From Chara braunii (lineage: Eukaryota; Plantae; Charophyceae): 56,774 nucleotides of DNA. This document shows, piece after piece, positions 50,520 through 56,774 of the stretch. The stretch is taken from positions 4,305,343 to 4,362,116 of the forward strand of contig BFEA01000018.1 in assembly GCA_003427395.1 (NCBI GenBank), written 5' to 3'. Position numbers and translations under genes: made by a program. The notes beneath the pieces were generated by a model, which saw nothing but the letters and a program-made list of their open reading frames with translations, did not search any database and was not told where the DNA came from. The stretch's first letter is position 1. Each line of letters begins with the position of its first letter.

Positions 50520-51065
50520 GGAAAACGGTTTCGCCACGCACGCACCCTCAATACGATCGGAGGCTCGCCTCGAAGCGTGTGCGTATTCGAGCAGTCCATA
50601 GACTAGAGTAAGTCGGACTACTTACATTGGAAGCTTCTACCTAGGTCGACACTCTTAGTTATACCATGGCTTCTCACCCAAAAGTGTCTCCATACCGTAC
50701 TTCGATTCCGTCAACAGCGGCTCAAGATGCACAAAGAGTGCGTGACTCAGTAGAGAAGCGCTACGAGGAAGGGATTTGTCCCCAGGACGCCAGTTTGGGA
50801 GTAGTGGTTGATGATGAAGAGGGTAAACGGTTTGTGGTGAGGGAAACTGTGAACGAGATAAAAGAGATGTGGCTCAAAGAAAGATCGTCATTTTTCAAGG
50901 AGAGGCACGTCAGCTGGCAAGACAAGTGAAGGAGGATTTGATAAGAGCCTTTGAGGATGGATGGTTTGTAAAGAAACTCTTCGACAAAGACAACAGGAGG
51001 GGCGGAGTAAAACTTGAAGGACCTAACGTTGCATCCTACGTGACACGGGCGAAGGAGGTGGACGG
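50520..51065 (+). mobile_element. Probable LINE 5'UTR and ORF1 N-terminal fragment
   Basis: Frameshift-joined ORFs MASHPK...EMWLKER / IVIFQGEAR...EDLIRAFEDGW...EGPNVASYV, truncated at ~51065. Assignment to LINE ORF1 is by recalled resemblance only. Confidence 0.5.
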
Positions 51066-52481
51066 TCACCAAAATGTCAAGCATGAGGAGAGGCACCGTC
51101 GGGGTCTCGATGAGGATGCGACGAGGATGAAAATGAAACTTGCGCTAGAGCATGGGAAAATGTGTTTCCATCATGCTCGGTGACGAGCACTATAGCTGGT
51201 AGCTTCGGTAGCACATATCCTACTGTGTTTTAGCAGGAAATTCACTCTCAATTTTGTATGAGTGGGGGAACAAACGGCCAGTACATCGATGAGGGGGAGT
51301 TGTGAAGAGGAAAGGAGATGGATTAGGTAAGGAGCAAAGACACTTATTCTCATAGTCGATTGTAGTTTCACCTATTTATTTTTTGGGATGTGTACGAATT
51401 TGGATGACCTCGTGATCAGGTGCGTTTATGCACTATGGGTTGCAAGAGACTTGGAGAGAATTGAGCCACGATTAAGCAATGGGAGAAGCATGGGGTAGCT
51501 AGGGGAGGGAGGACTGAACCATATATCTGGTTCAAGCTGCCACGATCCTCGATAATAACACTCTCTCGTCCTAGCTAAGCGATACAGGAATGAATTTTTG
51601 TATGTGTTGCTGATGGTAACCTTCTACAAGTGGCAGTTCCCTTTGTGATCATACAACTGCCTTCACGGTGGGTTGATCACTACCTTATGGTTTTCAAGAA
51701 GTAGGAGCGTACCATTAGAGTGTAGTTGAAACTGTTATACTGGTGTTGTTATTTGGGATATTGTTGTACTCTAGGACAACAGACTATTGTGCTAAGGGGC
51801 TGCAACCGTTGTAAGAACCCGTAGCTGCTACTGCGGCAGAAATCGTTACTCGTGGTTAGATTGAAGCTTTCGTCACTGTCGTGGAGGTATGAAATTAATG
51901 TCATCGGTGCGTGGAGCGAGTTGTTGCAGGTGTTTTCGACAAACAGTGGAATTGTTACCGATTGTCTGATTCAAGGTAATACTGCTGGTAATGCTGTCGA
52001 ATGTCGATCACTACCCTTCTCAAATTGTTGTGGTCATTGGAATCCGAAGAGTAATGTTGTTGCTGTTGGTGTGAAGGATTGTTGCCGAAGATGTTGGTCG
52101 TTAAGTCGTTATTGTTGGGAAGTGAAAACAGTGACAACATTTGCATTTGGTTGACACCAACCTCTACGATTGACCATCATTGCAGAGCCCTCAGGATTTG
52201 AAGAATACAAGGCCCTCTCAACGCAAGTCTGAGCAATCCTCCCCTAGTCCTTGAGAGATTGATACCCCTTTCTCTACATTTTCTTCTCTCGATTTTATTT
52301 GTAAGGTTTCTTGAGAGGAGGACGGCTAGCAGGATCCCATTCATACAATACCATGAGTTGACTTTCTTTGTGCGACCTGAGGAGCCTACGAGATTGCAGG
52401 AGCTTTGTCGGCGTTTAAGTGGGACCCTGAAGGCAGAGAACTTGAAGTTAGGAAAACGTGATTCCGTCATAATCCTGTTAA

Positions 52482-52684
52482 ACCACTAGTATCTTTGCTG
52501 CATGGAAAAATAACAAGCCTCGGGTGGGCCTCCAACCTTTTCAGAGGTGGAAACGAAACAAACAGTCGTCGATCGGATTTATCAATAGCAGTCGTCGTCG
52601 GGTCCGGCCTCCGACATTTTAGGAGTTTGGAAAAAAACGTCCACTTTTCCCTATTTTTCCAACATTGGCGGAGGTACTACTTCT
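52482..52684. mobile_element. TTAA-type MITE, copy C (short, degenerate TIRs)
   Basis: TTAA-ACCACTAGTA...CAACATTGGCGGAGGTACTACTTCT-TTAA. The right end matches the ends of copies A and B. Confidence 0.65.
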
Positions 52685-52849
52685 TTAACCCCTATTTATG
52701 TTACCTTTTGCCTTCATTTCGACTGATTTGATTGCCAAGTGTATCTTTTTGACTTTTGTTAAGCGCTCTTATCAGACTAAGCAACTCACTTTGCTTGTTT
52801 AATTCACTTGTATGTTGAAGAATCGTTTTGAAAATTACATTTTTTTAGA

Positions 52850-53170
52850 TAGGTGACTGAGTTGAGTCCACTGGGGATTCCTTAGTCGTTTGTCTTTTTG
52901 AGTTAGGCGGTTGGGTTGAGTTCACTGGGGATTCCTCAGTTGTTTTTATTGTTGAGTTAAGGCGGCTGGGTTGAGTCAACTGCTGACAGTTTGCTTTCTG
53001 TTGCTAACTTAAACGATTGGGTTGCGTCCATTGAAATTTTCAAATAATTTAGTATCTTATTTTACTCGGTTCTTCTATGTGACTTTGTTGAGTCCACTAT
53101 CGATTTCTTAGTCGTTCATCGTGTTTCTTTGTTCCGGTGGGAAGTCCACTGCGGATTCCCTAGTCTTTTT
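52850..53170. repeat. Degenerate ~55-60-bp tandem repeat (about 6 units)
   Basis: GTTGAGTCCACTGGGGATTCCTTAGTCGTT variants repeated. Confidence 0.75.
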
Positions 53171-56100
53171 TGTTGTGAATAAATAAAGGCAACTTTGAAG
53201 CCCGAATCTTTTTATCTCATATACATGACCTTTGTTTAGGGAAGGGTTTGAAGATGTTAATACAAATAATTAAAATTCGATTAATAAACTTTTATTTTGC
53301 TTTGCTAAGTTGTTATGGGCCCTTCTTATGCATATTTTTTATGCTCATTTGCCTTTTTTTTTGTTTTGATAGGATAGTTTATTAGTTGTCGCTTTGTGCT
53401 TGAGCGATAGGCGGGTAGTCAGCTATTTATGTTCTCGCATTGTGTTTTCGTGCATGCTTGCTTTGGTCCGATTTTGACTAGTTTATGAGTTAGCAGAAAT
53501 TATAAGAGTTTCCTTCCCTGTGAGAGATGCTGCCGAAAGTTTAACTAAAGTTGCGGAGTTAGTCCAAATATTTGGAAGTCTTTTGGGTTAGATTTAGTTT
53601 AATATTTGGAGTCAGTAGAAATTATGAAGGTTTTCCTTACTAAGAAAAATATTATCGAAATTTATACTAAATCCAAAAGAGTTAGTTTTTTACTTTCAGG
53701 TGGTCCTTGAGTCAAAAGCTTTGTCTTCGGATCTGGTTTAGTAAATATTATGCGAGCACACTCCCTCAGGGGAACTGCTGCCCAATGTTTTGTTAGTTTA
53801 ATAACGTTACTTGACGCTACTGCTAGGTAATTCAGAGTGTGATACGGAGTTGATCTCCGTTAACTCCGCATATGGTGCGTGCTTTGATTTTGTGACACAA
53901 ATCACCGCTACCTACAAACTTTTTCAAGTGTTTTGGACTTCATCAACTTCTACCATCGATTGATAGAAGGTCGGTTTGCGACTCAACCTTCACCCATCTT
54001 ATCATTAACTGTTTGAGTGTTTGAACCCTATAAGCAAATGACAATTCTCAATCGGTGTTCCTTTGGTTTTTCTTGAATGACCATAAAAGATTGTGAGAAT
54101 GAACAAGTTGGGTAATGTCTTTATCTAAAGTCTTTGGAAAGGAGTTCGAGTGACATGGGACGGTGATCAAAGGTTGATTGCTTTAGTGCATGTACTATGC
54201 TTTGGCTGAATATGTGTGTGCAAGTATGTATCTTGGAGCTTGATCTTGTTTTTCATGCTAATATGATAAATGATTGTGAATGGATGAGTGAGTCGAAAAA
54301 GTGACTGTGAGAGATAGTCTCCCCCAGATTCCACACAAACCTCTCTCTTTCTTTTGAGTCTAATGGGTATTTATATGTACTTCTATCTTTTTATCCATCG
54401 AGATATAGGTTGGAATATTTGTTAAAGGTTTACTATTTAAATTGTTGGTTGCACGTTGTTCCTAACCTCAAATTCGAGGTCCTTGTCCAAGGTATTACAG
54501 ATTCTCGTCCAATACAAAAGGGTTTCCTCTATGCGCTGGACACTTTCTCCTTGCCCGTCATCGCGCTCTGCTTAAAAGTAAAAAATGTCACGAAGGTTGA
54601 ACGGCGTATCCTTCAGCCCTTCTATATCGTGAAGGAGGTCTCGTTTAAGGTATTTCATGTTCGACACTTGTGTACCGTGCATGACCCCGAAACCCGCGAA
54701 GGGTCACACGATTGTAGGTAACGAGGGAAGCGTCACCATTATAGTCGATCATTTCAAGTTGTGTACACTGATTGAACGATTGTGGTCTCCTTCACGTACC
54801 CGTTCCTCTTATGCATTTTTGCGTGGGTCACACCCTGATGTTTGTGCATACTTTGAGTTATGAGTTGGAACATTTGCAAAAAGGGACTAGGCATAGAGAG
54901 TCATGCTTGAAGATTATGTATGTACGAGTGAGATACATGATAGATTCGATGTCCTACTCAACAGACGTAGGGGCCGCACTTGGGAAATATGTGGCCCAAG
55001 TGTCGATTCACGTGTAGGTTTCGATAAGGCGTGACCCCGCATACCCGCTAGGCTACAACTAAGTGAGAAATGCCCTCCGTTGGTCCACCTTTGCGATTGT
55101 AAGTACAAGTTTCCATATTGTGGACTGGTGGAGATATGACCACCTAAGGGATGGTGACAACTGCTGTAGGTGGAGGTAAGTTGTACCTCGCAGGACCCTA
55201 TCTTGTCATAGGGACTTGATGGTGAGATATGGCTGCGCACTTGGCCGGAGCAACTCGGCTTCTTTTTTACAAGTGATGTGACACGTTAGCTTGCGGATCC
55301 TTCGTGACGAGGTCGGGAAGGTTTCTTTGTGGGGACCTTGCACTGGATGACGGATTGGGTTATGTGGAGCAAGTTGTGCGAGCTTTGGCACTTGGATCAT
55401 TTGGGATTAGAGGTACGCGACACTGTTCCAAGGCAAGATAACACCAAATCACCGGGAGATCAAGACAATGGTCACACAACTGGTGAGAATAACAATTTTG
55501 GCGGATTGGAAGAAAAAGGTTTTTTTTGACAAAGGGAGAGAAGTTGGCATGTGATGGTTTTAGAGGACATAGGTGAAGCATGAAAATACAGCAGTGATAG
55601 GAAGGGAGTTAGGAATCCAATTATTGGATTGGCTGATTAGTTGAACATATTATGACACCAGGTCCGAATCAGCAGTGGGTTATGAATCCCACATGGAGGC
55701 GACCATGTGGGTTCACTGTCGTGGCCACAACCATGACCCCACGCCCGTTAGGCGCCATAATGGCCAGTCGAGGGGAGTGTCAGAGGTCGGCGTGTAGGGG
55801 CCGTTTGTGCAGCCACGACCCATGCCCCACGACCTGAAAAAAAAAAAGAAGAATTTTTGGAGGGTTGTTTTCGTTGACTTGAAGGGGGGTGGGGTGGGCG
55901 AATCCCCCCCTTACGTTTTTAGAATTACCGATTTCGGCGATATATCGGATGTGCAAAGGTACGTGTTTGCAAAAAAAAAAAAAAAAATCGATGACAGAGG
56001 GTTTATACGAGGGGAGTTGAATTTGGAGGGGCGTTTGGAGTGTGTTAGTCGAACAACGAATGGGGTAGGGTTTGAAATGAATAAGTTTCTTAGGGACGTG

Positions 56101-56774
56101 GGGTGTGGTCGTTGGTGGTGAGGGGTTTTGGGGGTGTTTAGTGTATGAGGGTTGTATGGCTTCAGAGGGGGCTTGGGATTGTGGATGGTGTTTGCGGCAG
56201 TGTGATGGATGAGAGTTGTGTGGTGTACGGGGGGTAGGGGTGTGGTGTTTGGGGGTGCGGGTTTTGGGGGGGCCGTGGTAAATGAGGTTTGTGTGGTGTA
56301 TGAGAATCTTTAATTGGAAATGGGTGTTTGAAATAGATAGTGATCTTTATCTGAAACAACAACAAAAAATGTGTTGTTGCCTGCGGGTGCCACTAGTGTC
56401 GTGAGGGCACCGAAATCCGCACAGACCCTGAAGAAGCGAGGTTTTTTTTTTCCATTCCTTGATCTTTCGATTAAAAAAAAAAAAAACAAAAACAAAAAAA
56501 AAACAAATCAAAGAAGATAAAAACTACAAAACAGAAGAAAAAATAAAATATTTTTTTCACCATGTTCGTTTTTTATTTAATTTTATTCCTTTTTTTTTTC
56601 AGAGAAAAAAATAGAGGTCGTAAGATTTGAAAAACCCTATAAGCCCCATATATATATACAAGGTTCGACGTTCGCAACGGGACGAATGTCTGAACCCGAA
56701 CGTTCGGGGCCCCCTCTCGACGCGTTCAGGCATTCGGCCGACCGTGAAAAAAAAAAAAAAAAAAAAAAAAAAAA

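Noticed and set aside
52850-53170. CRISPR-like array
   Set aside because: Repeats are degenerate, spacers resemble each other, the context is eukaryotic and there are no cas genes. It is a minisatellite.
54400-54900. Ulp1/C48 protease remnant (NDCGL, GSHDC-like words)
   Set aside because: The motifs lie in different frames with no convincing His-Trp/Asp spacing, so it cannot be supported without a profile search.

Overview
Eukaryotic, repeat-dominated genomic window with six N-gaps and many (CT)n/(GA)n/(GT)n microsatellites. The plant-type RLK/Pelle kinase, chromodomain Ty3/gypsy remnants and L1/Tx1-like LINEs point to a streptophyte, plausibly a charophyte such as Chara (inference, not verified). 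Only one confident host gene is present: an intronless receptor-like cytoplasmic kinase (29118-30374, minus) with an MGCCC N-terminus. The rest is layered mobile DNA: decayed LINEs, Ty3/gypsy remnants and LTRs, a tRNA-derived SINE, a Harbinger-like MITE, a MULE-like element, and a TTAA-flanked MITE family with ACCACYAGTAC termini. The most notable unannotated signal is a type III hammerhead ribozyme (31562-31620, minus) with an intact catalytic core. It sits in a ~235-bp cassette embedded in a (GT)n tract about 1.2 kb upstream of the kinase on the same strand, suggesting a small ribozyme-carrying retroelement. Other observations include TSD-flanked tail-only insertions, (CT)n/(AG)n-bracketed hairpin units, a templated-insertion scar and a possible inversion splitting a LINE ORF1.
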